A stretch of DNA of 55,966 nucleotides, the filler included, from Platydemus manokwari (Eukaryota), in the NCBI GenBank assembly GCA_037951405.1. It is 5 parts of 5 records of this genome, joined end to end, with 100 filler letters (N's around TTAATTAATTAA, not from the genome) between each part and the next. Parts side by side here need not be neighbours in the genome. Positions count along the whole stretch, not along the records: positions 11,027 to 22,317 come from JBBMOY010793314.1; positions 22,418 to 32,237 come from JBBMOY011178989.1; positions 32,338 to 42,295 come from JBBMOY011184989.1; 2 more parts are not named here. One strand, 5' to 3'. This document shows, one piece after another, positions 11,790-35,249 of this stretch (position 1 is its first letter; every line of letters begins with the position of its first letter). The translations under genes and the position numbers were made by a program. A model generated the notes under the pieces. It did no database searches and was not told the origin of the DNA. It saw only the letters and a list, made by a program, of their open reading frames with translations.

Positions 11790-14700
11790 CTTGCTCAAAT
11801 TTTACCTCCTATTATGCCTAGGCAGTATTGAATATAACCACATTTAATCATGTGGTTTTGTACATATTTCAGTTATTCTCTTATGCGGGTCAATTTTAGA
11901 TTTATCGACGATGAAAGTGAGCATATTCATTGTTGAGTCCGATGGTAGGTCATAATCATTGTTGATTCCTGTGTGATTCCAGTAGCAAATTCGGTAATGA
12001 ATCTATTTCCGTTCTTTACTTTAGCTGAAATCAGAAATTAGAGATTATACAGATATGCATAACGGTGAGGATTGCACGTAAGTTTTTAGATATATTTGAT
12101 GTGAAATTACATGTTAATATAATAAAATCTTCTATTGTCATTCAAAATTATCGTAAAAATTCATTTATTGACTTCAATTTATGGGATTTATTCGATCAAA
12201 CAAATTACATAATTTTACAAAAAATGCAAAAAAAAATTCTTTCATTTGTTAAAAATCAAAGATTGTTTCCATTTTTCAATACAAATAAAATACTGAATCA
12301 CTTCTCATTCTTTACGATGTTGACTTTAGACAGTTTTGACGTAATGATTTATTATGTGTTCGGAAATTTAAATGGCAGAAAATTCAGTTTTGAGATGAAT
12401 AGAAAGATCAAAATGAATGGCTTCTCCGATGATTGAATCGCCATAATTTCCTTTTTCTTACAAAGCACTCATTTTTCTTTCTCGCTTTCAGTTAGAATTG
12501 TTCCATTTTGATAAATCTCTGAATTACTATCAATGCTATCAAAATGCTGAAGGTGGGGAAATACAGTAATGAATTTGTTGTAATGCAGACAAATTGGTTT
12601 TTGATAGCTCAAAAATCACAATTCAATACAAAAAGAGTATATTAAACATTTTATTGGTAACAAAAAGTAACTGGGTAAAGTCTCTATAATGACAAAATAC
12701 ACCTCAGTCATGTGAATTGCGGTTTATAAACAATTTGTTTTTAATTTTGACTGTTTCGTTATTTACTTTTTTTTTGTTTGTCTATGTCTTCACTTTGTTT
12801 ATTTATCTTGACAGCGTGAAAACTAAATTAGTTTGATGATGTATTTTTGAAATCCAGGAATTCCATTTGGGAAAGTGTGCCAATTTCTACATCTATCGGT
12901 ACTTCAAAAAGTCTAACTCTGCAAACTGACGAATAATATTTACGCGTCAGTTTTTGACATGAAATTTTGATTTGTAAAATGTCAGTAATTTTTAGTGTTG
13001 ATTAGAAAAACTAGTATAGTAATTTTCACAATAATATTCTTAAACTGTTATTGAAATTTCTGTCAAGATTATGTTAGTATTTCCTAATATTGTTATGAAG
13101 ATTATTCTTCGTATCGTGATGATTTCTTAAAATAGCTTCATTTTTTATAAAGATATAATTTATCGGTATTAATGTTCATAGCAGACCATCAGTCATATTA
13201 TCGATAATTTGTATTGTCCCTTACATTAATTTCTACTTTCTTTTTTTCAGCACATAAACACAATTGGCAAATATTAAATTTAATCATCATTCTTATCTGT
13301 CTCATGCAGACAATCACATTCATTCTCAATTATATCATTATAGCTCATCAAATTACTTATCTCATCCAATTGAAACGCTCGATAAATACCACGTGTTACC
13401 GTGTATTTGTTTTCTTCACCAGAATATCGGAGCATTGACCATTCTGATCTAGTGTCGAAAATATGAATATTGATTAGTTGTGTGATCACAATTTTTTTGA
13501 CGTGTTGTAGTTTGAACATAAGGAAAAGAGAAGGAAATCTCATCAAAATTGAAGACTATATAAGGTATGACGGAAATTCCACAAAGAATCAAAAATTCTT
13601 TTTATCGTACGCTAATCGAAAGTTTATCAGAAATAAAAATAGTATTATTGAGCATTTTTGCTAGATTTGCAACAAAAGCCTATGATTTATCAAGTACAAT
13701 GAAGTAGATTGGGGTCGATATATGATGGTTTAATGTTTGTAAAGGAATTGATGACTGAGTTGAGGTTTCATCAGTATCGAGTAAGATTTCTAATCCTTCA
13801 TTGATACCATTATGGAGAGCAATCTTATATATAAATGAAATATATTAGTCTCTTTTATGTTGAATAAAAAGAATGCTCTGAATCGTAAAAGTTCTTTTTA
13901 ACGAAAAAACTTATATACATTCATTCAGCCGCATGTAATCCAATAATTTTCGAGTACTTTCGACACTAATATCGATATGTAATGTGTTTTCAAGCAGATT
14001 ATTGAGTGACACAGTTCTAATTTAATTTAATAAATATGTGAATTTTCGGTTTTTTTATTTTAATAAATTACTTATTTATTAATTATTTATTTATTCTTGT
14101 TTAAGTAGAATTTTAATATAATCGAATTTTAAAATTTTGATTTATGCCGCTTGCTTTGGTTTGATTAACTTTTTGCTATTCAGAACTCACTTTCAAATCA
14201 ATAAAATAGACAAGCAATTTCTCTTTTATCGGCCTCAACTGTCATTTTTGGCATTGCCATTTATACGCCTTTGTGTTTTAGTGCGGTAAATATGAATTTG
14301 GCATTATATTCCTTCAATTTCAATTTCTGTCTATAGATCCCTGCGCATCTGTTGTTCTGTAGTCATGATGTTTTCCAAAATTGATATCCTTAATCTATTC
14401 TGACTCCGATTGGTTGGCTATCATGCATGTATGACCGCATAGGCAGGCATGTAAGCGAAGTGTCTAAACAGACCTTCAATGATGCCATGTATATACCTAT
14501 TTATAAAATTATATGATTTACAGCCTTTCTTTATGTATAATTTGAATAATATATGTACCAGTAAGAATAATTATAATCAAATTAATCATATTGCTGATAA
14601 AATAGCAATAATTTTACGATTGATGGTAATGAAATTAATGAGAGTAAAAAGAAATATGATAATAATTATTATAATGGTTATACTAACATTGATAATAATG

Positions 14701-14990
14701 AAAAATATAATAATGACTATTTATAATAAAAAAATTATACAAAATTATCCTGTTAAATCTATATTTTATTATAAACATAAATAGAGCTGATTGGAAATAT
14801 ATGGGAAGTGTAATACCATAAAAATATTTTCTTTATCGTAACAATATTTACATAAATAAATATCTATTATATCCACCTAATAGAGATTTGGTTGTAAAAA
14901 GCCATAATTTGATAAATGGATAAATTTGGCAAACTCCTTCATCAACCATCTTTTTCGTCAATCTATGTTTCATTAAATTTAATTGAGATT
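11790..14990 (-). pseudogene. DEG/ENaC (amiloride-sensitive channel family) pseudogene
   Basis: Collinear minus-strand remnants KYLKSFFTVV, LPNLSI (FPxVTIC-like, ~14915-14932), LENYWITC, FYDSEHS-FLFN (CYTFN-like, frameshifted), NGINEGLEILLD (~13776-13810), YTVTRGIYRAFQ..IIENECDC, KPICL, CNPHRY and LGIIGG (pre-TM2, ~11806-11823). Many stops. Confidence 0.5.
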
Positions 14991-15399
14991 CTGACAACTG
15001 TGAAAAAAGATTTCAAATATTTCCCATTCATTCCCATTTTTAATCGATTGATGTTATTTTGTAACAGTTGTGCTCGACATTGAAAAATTCAAAAACACAC
15101 GTGAAAAAACTTTTTCGTTATAATATTTTATACTGATTTAATTGTTTAGATTTATTGAGACAAAATAATACCGCATAAAAAATTCGAAATTGACTTTTAT
15201 TTGTGTTTTTTCGGTATGATTTTCAATGAATAAAAATCACGTGAATCTTTTGTGTGTTCTTGATTAGATTGTTTTAAATATTTTTCTTATATAATGCTAT
15301 GCTATTAATGTTACTATTATTAACACTAAATTGATTTTTCTTGGTCTTGTTCCGTATTTCCTTCTTTATCAAAACTATGTCGTCTAGTTTCTTGGATTC

Positions 15400-16120
15400 A
15401 CATTTTGTCTATGTTCTTGCCAAATATAACTTCAACTGAACTAACCTTTTTTATCAGTCACGATATATTCAATCTCTGACAGTATTGTTGGTGTTTTCTA
15501 TCATTTCTCTTCTATTCAGTGGTGGTACTCACATTCTGTTCTCTATTGTTTTTATTATATCTTCCTAGAGTTTGTAGACACCTTTGCGTATTCATCCTAT
15601 ACCATTTTTAGCTTTTCTATGTCGTCGTTATTTATTTGCTTATCCTTTCCCTTTATTCTTTCTCATTGTTGTTAATGTTCTTATGGCACGTATTCCTTGA
15701 GAGCATATCTGGATTTTCATGATTTAGCCATTTTTATATCTAGATTGCTTAAATAATTTAGCCATGTTTGAAATTGTGGTGGTTTTAATGTTTAGTTTTT
15801 ACCACGAATATAGTTGCTTTTTAATCCATTATAAGTGTGTACATTTTACTGTTTAATTAGTGGTTGAAATTTTGACAGAAGTATTAAAATGACTTTTTTC
15901 AGATTCATCGTGTGTGATACATATACGGTTATTTATTTATTTTCCTGAATGTCTTTTTGTGATAACACTGCTGCTGTTGTATCGAAACTTGAATCTGTAT
16001 CCATTTGAAATTCTTTACTGAATTCGAAAAATATTAGGAATTGTGCTTCTATTAGGGCCTTTTTCACATCCAGGGATATCTTATCACATTTTTTGTTTTG
16101 AATTAATTTTTCACCATTCT
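15400..16120 (-). mobile_element. Ty3/Gypsy pol remnant (RNase H to integrase N-terminus)
   Basis: KEFQMDTDSSFDTTAAVLSQK (TDASxxxGAVLSQ, 15954-16016), QTWLNYLSNLDI..PDMLSR (RW..ADALSR) and RM*VPPLNRREMI. Confidence 0.75.
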
Positions 16121-16630
16121 TTCAATGCTCTCTTACATCTTTTTTGTTTTTGAAAAAGTTCTGCTCCCAACATATTGTAAATATCTTCACAAACATAGTG
16201 ATTGATAATCAAATTGTAACAAATGATATAAAATGATTAATAAAAAGTTTATTTCCCAATGCTTTAACAAACGCTATGTAATATTGAGTCATTCTAAAAG
16301 TTATACGAATATAATTTCAATTATCATTTTCGTTACTCGGAACCCATTGCAATACGGAAAAACACAATGGCATACATTAGTGGTATTGGCGGTGTCTGCT
16401 TTGATCAGTAATGAAGTCTCGATTGCAGAGTCATTTCTATAATATATCGTTAATGATTTTCACCATCAAATAAGACAAGATTGTAATTTAAATTGCTTAT
16501 TTGATAATCATGAATCGATATTATTTCAAAAGACGTTTTCATATTGACTACAACAATCATTATCACAGTGTAATACATTTTTAAAAATATTTTTATAAAC
16601 TTAATTGTTATTTTAAAATTAATTAATATT

Positions 16631-16893
16631 TGTAATACCCGCTACCGTTTTATAAAAAATGCATCGAAAACGAACTGAAAATACTCGACATTCAATTGTA
16701 TTTTTAAAGACAATTATTAACAAATAAAGAAAATTTAATACCAAATTAAATTCAATAAAAATTTTAAATCAATATAAAACTAAATTTAATTTAAAATTAA
16801 ATTCAATACAACATTAAACTCAATATAAAACTTAATTCAATATAAATTAAATTCTATACTAATTCAAATTGAATTTAATTTGATATTCTCACA
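16631..16893. repeat. LTR-like repeat family B, short copy with internal AT minisatellite
   Basis: Starts TGTAA..CCGCTAC..TTTTATAAA..AAAACGAACTGAAAA and ends ATTCTCACA, like 36068-36526; contains ~17-bp AAATTAAATTCAATA-like repeats. Confidence 0.6.
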
Positions 16894-18289
16894 CACAGAA
16901 AAGAAAATGGATTCGAAGTCATGTCTCCTAAATAAGTAATATCATTGTTCCTAAAACCCAACACTTTCAAAATAATCATTTTTACTATTTTTATTCTGAT
17001 GGAATCCTATTAGCCTGTCCTAAGTAATATTTGGTGATTGCTTATACGAGATAATTCAGCTGGTATAAACTCGGTGAATTACATTTGTATACTTTAAAAT
17101 GATGATGATAATCAGAATATGTTTTCACCAACAATCCGACTTTAATCAGTAATTAGAATAACAAAATAATAATACTGAAAAGTTTATTATAATAAAAATT
17201 AACAAATGTGTGATGCAATCTGATTAACAGAATGAAGTTTTATGCTCTGAAAAGTTTTGAAACAAACCCATGTAAGGGACTAAGTGCCGCCTTTTTTCGG
17301 AAGAAAAACTAAAGAAGATTTGATTTTAATTACTTTCATTTTAGTGGCTACAAATCATTGCGGCTTTGCAGCGTAACGACACTGTAATACAAATGTTTTC
17401 ACTTTTGAACCGCAGTGTTAATGAGGATTGCGAGTACAAAATCTTGCGATTTTATAATCTAGCACACTTGAAAAATAAGTAAATTTACAATGTTCATTAT
17501 TTATCGTTAATAGTGAGATGAGGTTCCTTCTGAGCGTTTCGAAGATAGTTTCAAGAAAACCGAGCAGTATCGATGATGCTTTCCCCTTTCCGAATCTAAT
17601 CACAGTCGAGAAATATTCCACTTCTTATATTGATAGGAAGAATGAGCATAATTTCAAATAAAAATTTCCAACGTTTTCCTGAGATGAACATCTGTGATAG
17701 CTGAAAACTCGTGATTTCAGAGAAAATATTCCAAATTCTGTGTCGACTGATAATTTCTTTTAGCTAATGAATTAATGCAATTTGCTAGTTTGATAGAAAA
17801 TTGTGTGCCAGTCTCATTATTTGTCTTCATTTACATATTGCTCCACGCCGTGAGCGTGTGTGGGAATTAATTATGATTTTAAAAAATCTTTGTTGTTATC
17901 CTAACAATTCTTTTAATTTTTAAAATTTACCATGATTTAATACCCTCAACGGTGTTGCCTAGATAACGCATTAATTCATCATGGTGATGTGATTTATTAA
18001 TTCGATTGTAAGAAAATTATAAAAATTTCCTGTGTAGGCTGGGATGTGTGGGTAGTATATGTGGGCTGAATATTATTCCTATTTTAATGAATGTATTTTG
18101 TATTACATATTATCATTGTATTATTGTTATTATTGTATTATTATTGTTGTTGTATTATATTCCCTACAATTCACTGAAATCTCAAATTATCTCTTATAGG
18201 CACTCTATTTTCTTTAAAGTTTTCATGTCCCTAGGAAATAGATTTTCTTAATTTTATAAATTACAAATGATTGATTGTTGAACCAACGT

Positions 18290-19100
18290 ATTTTCTTCTC
18301 TCTCTCTGAGAAATTATAGTTCAGAGGTATAACTTGATTTGAGATTATCATCAGTTATTTTGTCCAATTTATCCATCACCTGAGTTTTCATTTTTTGTAC
18401 CCACAATCTTACTCACATGTCTCTATACTCATGTCTTTATGTACATTTTTATTATCTGGAAGTTGCATTATCTTAATTTAACGATGGTCCATGTCCATTC
18501 ATTTTTTTCTTGCTACCATCTTTTGTGTTCTTCCTGTAGAGATTTTTTATAGTCGTTCATGCATCATTTTTTTATTAATCCAGCTTCTTCCTGATCATCT
18601 TCATTTTAGATATGGGTCTTGTTCATTTCTGCTAACCTCCTAACCATAGCTCTTTCTATTAATTTCCTTTGTTTTCTTATTTTGTTCCTCTGTTTGGATT
18701 CTGTATAGTCTTATTTGATGTTCTTCTGCATCATCAGCATTTATACCGACAGATCATCCTTCCCAATTTGTGTATTTTTATTCTTTCTGATTCTACCTTA
18801 GTATTACTGCATCGCTAATTTCATTGGTTGGTAGGCCCTGTTTTCATTAATTAGGTTCCTGTTTCGTGCTTTCATGTGTCAATTTTATTTCATCTTTCCC
18901 ATCTCTGAATGGCCTTTCCACTGCGCCTCACATAATTACCCAATCTATATCAGATATTTTTACACTTCCACGTTTCGTTTCTTTTCTTCACTTTTCTTTG
19001 CCATATCCTGATTAGTATATTTTTAAAAAATATCTCCAATACCTTGATTTCTAAATCAAAAAATTTTTCCTATGCTTCATATGTTCCCTTGTCAATCTTA
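18290..19100 (-). mobile_element. Highly decayed LTR retroelement internal/3' remnant
   Basis: Strong purine bias on the minus strand, QWKG and NWE fragments, and a purine tract at ~18292-18307. Confidence 0.3.
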
Positions 19101-20387
19101 TTGTCAATCCGTTGTACCATATAGGATTCATCATTTACTCGATATTAGGTCAATAAAACTAAAAAACTATTTTAATACCAATTATAATTGCATAATAAAA
19201 TAATAACATTAAATTTCATTAGTTAGATATATGATTAATTTAATCTTTACATAAATCTCAATTAATTTCGTAAATTTTGCATAGTTAATTTGAAAATAAG
19301 ATAATATTATATAAAGATTTTTTATAAAAATACAAAAAAGCTCATTGCCACGTTTATGTTCATTATACAGTTTTGAAAAAAATATTGTAACACATATATA
19401 ATAACAAATTCAATAAACTATAACATTTGTTTAAATAAAGTATTTATATTTTAATTTATCTATTCCTTGTGCAATGTCTTATAAGTGGACTTGATAAATT
19501 TTGAATACCATTGACAAAATATTTTAAAAAACTGATTGTAAAATATTGTAATTCATATAAATTTATTGAATAAGTTTCCTATGTTTAACCTTTAGTATAA
19601 AATGTTTGATTTCCTGAAATTAGCATTGAATTTAAAAATCAAATCATTGTCATATTTTTTAATTTACTATTTCTCTGCCGAAACGAAGGAAAGGATTTTT
19701 GATTTCTAAACCTTTTATTTAAATTTTATTAATCAAAAATGTTATCGAGGATTGTTAAGTAATAGATAAATTGCAATTAAGAATCGAATTAAGAATTTAT
19801 ATTTACAAAGTTTATGTTAATGTCGGCTTCTACGATTGGTATTTAAATAAAACATTATTTAATCAATCGTTAATATGACAGCAAATTAATTTGGAAAGTT
19901 ATTTTAAATGTTGAATTAAACGCATACTTACTGATGAGTGATGATTAATTGTATATCATAATGATTGTTAAATACCGGATAAGTTGAAATTATCAATCGA
20001 TTTAGTGATTCGAAATTGACTTGATCTATAAAGGAATTGAAACATTGCTGATAAAATTTTATCAATATTTAGAAATTTTCAACTGTACATTCAAATTTCT
20101 TATTCACTCGAATGGTGTTTGTGGATATCCATGGTAACGAAATACTAATCAATAAATTGATTTTTTTAACAGGATATGTAAATTTCTAGAATAATATCTA
20201 TTGACAATACAAAATATTATAATAGCAACCCTGATGTGATCGGTTTCGATCCAGAAAGTTATAATGAAAGTAAATTGTAGGAATCTCGCAAAAGTTATAA
20301 AAGCTAGTTATGGAAAATCGAGTAATGATTGTTATTATTACACAGTAATCAATTACACAACACCACCGAATGGAATGATGACTCATT

Positions 20388-22148
20388 TCAATCTAATATT
20401 TGCACACGAACGCCGAGTCGATCGATGACATCCTGTGGCATACACAACACTGGGTTAATTGTCTTCAATTCGACAAATCTGTTATGGACACTGTTTTCCT
20501 TCTCTTCGATTGCATTTAGTGTGTGTTTCAATAATGATATTCCAGTCAATCCAAACAATGTATGGAATGGATCAGCCATATCACCGGGACGATCGGATAT
20601 TCCTCCGGTCTCATCATCTTGTGAACAAAGAATAAAGTTGATCAATTTGTTTCCATCGACCCAAGACAATTTTCCCAACATGGCCAATGAAGCTAATACC
20701 CACCTAAAAGTAAACAATTCGAAATAAAATTGTTAATAACAACCGAAAAAAACATTTCTACAAATTATATAATAAAAAAGTATTAATCAATATTAATTAA
20801 AATATTAATTAACAAATTAATTAATTTAATTGTAAAACAAAGTTGAAAAGTAAAATTTGAAAATTTAACGACAATATTATGTAATTAAATCAATTACAAA
20901 AAATTCATAAAAAATACATTAAAACCAGAAATAAAAACAATTATAAAAATAAAAAAATATTAGTAAACCTTAAAAATCAATAACTTGAATCTTTAAATTG
21001 AGATACGTTGTGAGTGAAAATAGTAGAAATCAATTGGAAAATACTTGTCTAAAGCACACACATCAGATAAAAATTAGCTATCTATCATCTATCTTTTCAA
21101 ATATGGACTACGGTATGTCGAATATAATATTACAAGAAATAATCCGAATATGATCAAAATACATTTTTAAAATCAATTTCATAATACAAGCCTCTAAAAA
21201 TTACAAATTGAAAAGAAAATTACAATTGAAAATATCTATTTTTATTTCAACCAATAAAAACGCGAGAAAGTTATTCTTAAGTATGTCAACAAGTTTAATC
21301 AATTTTTTCATTCAATTTTATTTGGTTAAATTTACACAATTTAAATATTTAATTATTTCATTGTTGGCATGAGTAAAAAATAAATTACCAAGAATAACAA
21401 ACATCGGGTTTCTTTTCCGGTCTTCCATTGAGACCACCGCTTGGAAGTTGGCGTTCTGATAACCACCATGCTGTTATATCTTTATTTATTCGATCTAACT
21501 GATGTAAAATCGATAAAGTGCTCAAACAACAGAACACTTGACCGGCATGAGACTCACTGTAGGGTTTCGTACCGAAACCTCCATCGAAATTGTAACATTT
21601 TAAAACAAATTCCGCGATTTCATCGGAATTGATTAATTCTAATTTGTTTAATAATGTTAAAATCGCTACCGAAGCAAAAGAAAATCGTGTGTCAACTTCA
21701 CCCCATTTATCTCCATTAAAGCTACCGTCTTCGTTCTAATTAAATATATAATTAACATAAATTGATCACAAATATAAACCTTCAAGGACAGGACGTAAGA
21801 GCAAACTTTATTAATGTCAATTATATGAACTTTATCCAATATGGATAGTATTTGAATAGCACTTAAAGTTGATAAGATATGTGAATCATGATCGACAGCA
21901 GGAGAGAATCCACCATCTGGTTGTTGACAACTTAAAACGAAATCAACTATTTCATCTTTTGGGTATAGAGTAATTGCATTCATCAAGTCCATTGCTGTTA
22001 AACTCCAATATATACCTGACATTTTTAAAAAATCTAATGTACAATCATCAGATTTTGCTGCATTTTCTAGAAATTTGATATGTAAGTCTAACAGAAGAGT
22101 TTCTTTAGACATATCATTTAAATTGACATCAACAATTGGTTTGGCCAT
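20388..22148 (-). CDS. RABGGTB: Rab geranylgeranyltransferase type II beta subunit; 3 exons, 343 aa
   Basis: Exons 22148-21780, 21735-21389, 20703-20388 join in frame through GT-AG introns of 44 and 685 nt. Motifs [67 protein letters not shown] and [19 protein letters not shown] are characteristic of GGTase-II beta. Confidence 0.96.
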
Positions 22149-22317
22149 AATTAATTATATAACTTAAAATTAAATTATTTAAATTACAAATCAAATGATC
22201 AAACTTTACTTTTTATAAGTTAAACAAAATTTGTATGGAACATTCAAAAAATTTAATTATCTTTTAATTGGAAACAATTTATAATCATAATAAAATATTC
22301 ATAACATATTGAAATAT

Positions 22318-22417
22318 NNNNNNNNNNNNNNNNNNNNNNNNNNNNNNNNNNNNNNNNNNNNTTAATTAATTAANNNNNNNNNNNNNNNNNNNNNNNNNNN
22401 NNNNNNNNNNNNNNNNN
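22318..22417. other. Assembly spacer N44-TTAATTAATTAA-N44
   Basis: Same artificial linker. Confidence 0.97.
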
Positions 22418-22611
22418 TTATCATCATCATTATTATTTTTAATATCATTGTCATTACTATTATTTTTTCAATAATAATAATAATAATTATTATTATTATC
22501 ATTATAAATATAATTATTATTTTATCATTATTTCAATATCATTTCAATTGTCCCTTAAATTACAATTAGAAGAAAATAATTTTAGAAAATGACAAATAAT
22601 CGATAACATAC

Positions 22612-31695
<9,084 letters not shown>

Positions 31696-32237
31696 CTATA
31701 AAAGTACAATAATGACTTTAAAATAATTACTTTTTGTCATCAAATCCCTTTAATAAGTATAAGTGTGTAATATAGATTATCAAGATGAAATAAATTACAA
31801 TTGTTATTATCAAGATCGTGATCCAGTAATATAAGACGATTTAAATTAAAAGGAAAAATGCTAAGAATCAAAATTAAATTCCTAAGACCTCTCATTCCAT
31901 AAAATTTTCCTAACTTAGATAAAAAAGAAAAAAACTATCAATATTTTATAAAATTTAGTAGGAATAAGTTATATTTGATAAATAAATATAGAATAGGTAC
32001 AGATACAGTTAAAAGGCTTAGTTCTAGAACACAGAAAAAAATCAAAATTGATTTCCAATAACATAAAGTTTTCCAATAGATAGGAATCTCTTCATTTGGT
32101 GGATTAGCTTTGTATATTCTAATGATAAGTTTGCAACTAGTAATGATCTATTTATTATGAAATTTTCTAGAAATATATAGAAGTTAATCCATATCGATCT
32201 TTAAACTAAAAATTTCTTCCTCAAAGGTGGAATGTCA

Positions 32238-32337
32238 NNNNNNNNNNNNNNNNNNNNNNNNNNNNNNNNNNNNNNNNNNNNTTAATTAATTAANNNNNNN
32301 NNNNNNNNNNNNNNNNNNNNNNNNNNNNNNNNNNNNN
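32238..32337. other. Assembly spacer N44-TTAATTAATTAA-N44
   Basis: Same artificial linker. Confidence 0.97.
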
Positions 32338-35249
32338 ATTCAATATTTTTATTTCAAACACCTAAAATTATTCTTGAGTAATTAATTAAAAATTCAAAAT
32401 TTCTTTAAAGAATATAATTAAATAAACTATATAGATTTTTGCAAAACGCTCAACAAATTAAAATTTTATTAGGAGCTTATTTTTAACTTTACCTATGTGT
32501 TAATTATAAGAAATTTTTAAATTTAATTTAAATCGGCTTTATATCACGAAATTTAGTTGAATTGTAAATATATTTTAAGCGTGAAGATTATTTTTGGTAA
32601 ATTGTGTTCCATAATATATTTTTTAAATTTATATGACATGACTAAATCAAACTAGTTAAATATTAACTTTTAATTAAATCTCTGTTTAATGAATAAATAC
32701 AATCAAAACAATTCATCATTAATAAAACATTCTTCAACTAATTTATTCGGTTGATAATGATTTTCATAATAAATTAATGGAGCATACCCGCTTTATAGTA
32801 CCTACTAACATAAAACGTATTTCTGAACACTAAAACGTTTTAAAATAAAAAGACTTAGGAGAAAGGCAGTAAAAGTAGAAGAAACAAAATGAAAATGAAA
32901 GATTGTAAATCTCATAAAGAGGAATGAAATATTAATGACAAAATTTTTATAAAAATGCAAATTATGATGTAATGTAAAATTTATCAAAGGTTTTTCTTAA
33001 CAATCTAATGTGTAAGGAAGTCTTACTAAGTAGTGTAATTTTAATTTTCATTTTAGCATTTTGTAGCTGTTCCGTCGGATTAATTTTTTTAGATTTTTTA
33101 AATAAATTGTTAAAGGTATATTTTGCTATCATCATTCTTCTATATTATAATCCCTTATTTTTCTCTCACATTAGATAAACGAGGCATTACTCGTATAGTG
33201 CGATAGAAATCAAATATGTCGCTATTATAGTAGACAAATTTGTGTTACAGCAAGCAACGAAAAACAAGTTGAAAAAAAATCTTTCAATTACAAAAAAGAA
33301 AATAATCTCATAAATTTCCTATAACGAATCAAACTTTAAAACAAAAAGTTTTTACAAACATCAACAACTGCCTGGCTGTGTATTGATTGAGATGAAGGAG
33401 GCTGAGCGGATGGAAATTTGTGTTTCATCTTACTAGATATTTTGAGACTTATTAAAATCTCATTACGACAACGAATTCTCTTCTTGTTTGAAAGTTTATT
33501 AAAAATTTTGTAATTACTAGAATCACCATGGTGACAGTAATTTTATTTATTTTTATTAATTAGTTCTGTGGGCAATGATTGGTTTGTTGTTACCTTAAAA
33601 ATACTAAATAATTGATTTTAGCTTTCTTTATGTTGGGCTTATTTATGACTTCAAAATTAACTGAGGCCGGTCAATTTCTTGATGAAATTAATATGGAATA
33701 AGGTTTAGGAAATATTTTTAAATACGAATCAAATTCATAAAAATATTTAAATAGATATTTCACATAATCATTTTAATGAAATCTTTGATAGAAATTAAAA
33801 TTATTATAAAGGCTTTTAGTGTCCCATTAATTCATAAAATACCGAATAATAAAAAAAGATGATTATGCTGATACATCGATAGTATATTGGTCTCAAATCA
33901 ACACGATGGTACTAAATAAATTGTATTAGACTCGTTAAAAATAACAAATGTCTCTTAAATCATGTATTATGTGCTATCGAGAGCCTTTAAAGTTCATGGA
34001 TATGACAAAATTGTGGATATCCTAGTCAAAGAAAGAACATCATAAATGACCATTTTAGTTTCCTCAAATCAAGAATATCAATTCATAAATTCAAAGTAAG
34101 TAATTGGTTTGCAAACACAATAAATCGCCCAATCATATACAATTCAAAAAGATATGAAATTCCCAATCGTTGATAGCCGAAATTCATGGAAGATGCACAT
34201 CAGTAAAATATAGTTAAAACGTCAAAACAATCAAACTTGATCGGACATTGAATTTTAACAACCGCATGGTCAATATCCAACAACGATGTATTGTATTAAA
34301 AGAAATAGGAGAAACTCTTGTCAATAGAATGTATTAAGTCATATAGAAGGACAAGTTACTTGGAATGTGAATTTCATCAGAAATATTGAACTTCAAAAAA
34401 ATATTAATAAGGATATTAATGAAAATTCGTAGAATTTGTTTAATTAAACATTTTAAAAAAGTAAAAATTAAAAAGAATAGAAATTAAAGGAAATTAAAAA
34501 ATTAAAAAATTAAAAAAATTTAGAATTATTTCAAAAAAAGTGAAAATTTTAAATTCACGATAATTTTAAAAGGCTTATATCTGGTTTATAATTAAATTTT
34601 ATATATTTGACAATGCTATTCCAGGAACAGGTGATGTGATATTAATCGAGATCATCTACATCCATTGATATTTCCTGACTTTAAAATGGATTTATTAGGA
34701 TTGGATTCCCAACCAATTGGCGTTTAATATACACATTTATTGATTGTATTCGATTATCCTATACTGATAGTATTTTATGTTCATATAACTATAAGAATTT
34801 CTAACTAACGAGATTTCATGATAAGTGATAAATCTAATACCATAATTTATTGTAAAAGTACATTTAATGTTCTCCAGAAATCGAATTATAAAATTTCCTT
34901 TTGAATGAAACTTCACATTAAAATTTTTTTATGGATTTTTAATAATAAATGTCATTGCGATAACAGGGAACATATAAATAGACGTCCATTGCATTTCGTT
35001 CTGATCAGGAAACAATTTTCGTAAAAAAACATTTAATTTACTTATAATGATATATAAAATATAATTTCTGTGAGAAAATATATTATTTTTAATTGCGCTT
35101 TTTATCAACTACTTGAAAATTGCAAAAATATATATCAATAAATTATTAACATTTGAATGAAGTTAAACAGCAGGTTGAGATTGGGTTTTTAACGAGAAGA
35201 AATCATCTTTTGTTTTAATTGGAGAAAATAATGATTTTGATTAATAATT

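Noticed and set aside
16740-16880. Repeat-spacer (CRISPR-like) array
   Set aside because: Degenerate contiguous minisatellite without unique spacers, in a eukaryotic context with no cas genes.
33520-33900. Third GPCR remnant (SSVGN, hydrophobic stretch)
   Set aside because: Too few ordered motifs to separate from chance in T-rich DNA.
34850-34915. KFYNSISGEH as another polB motif
   Set aside because: Single motif without collinear support.
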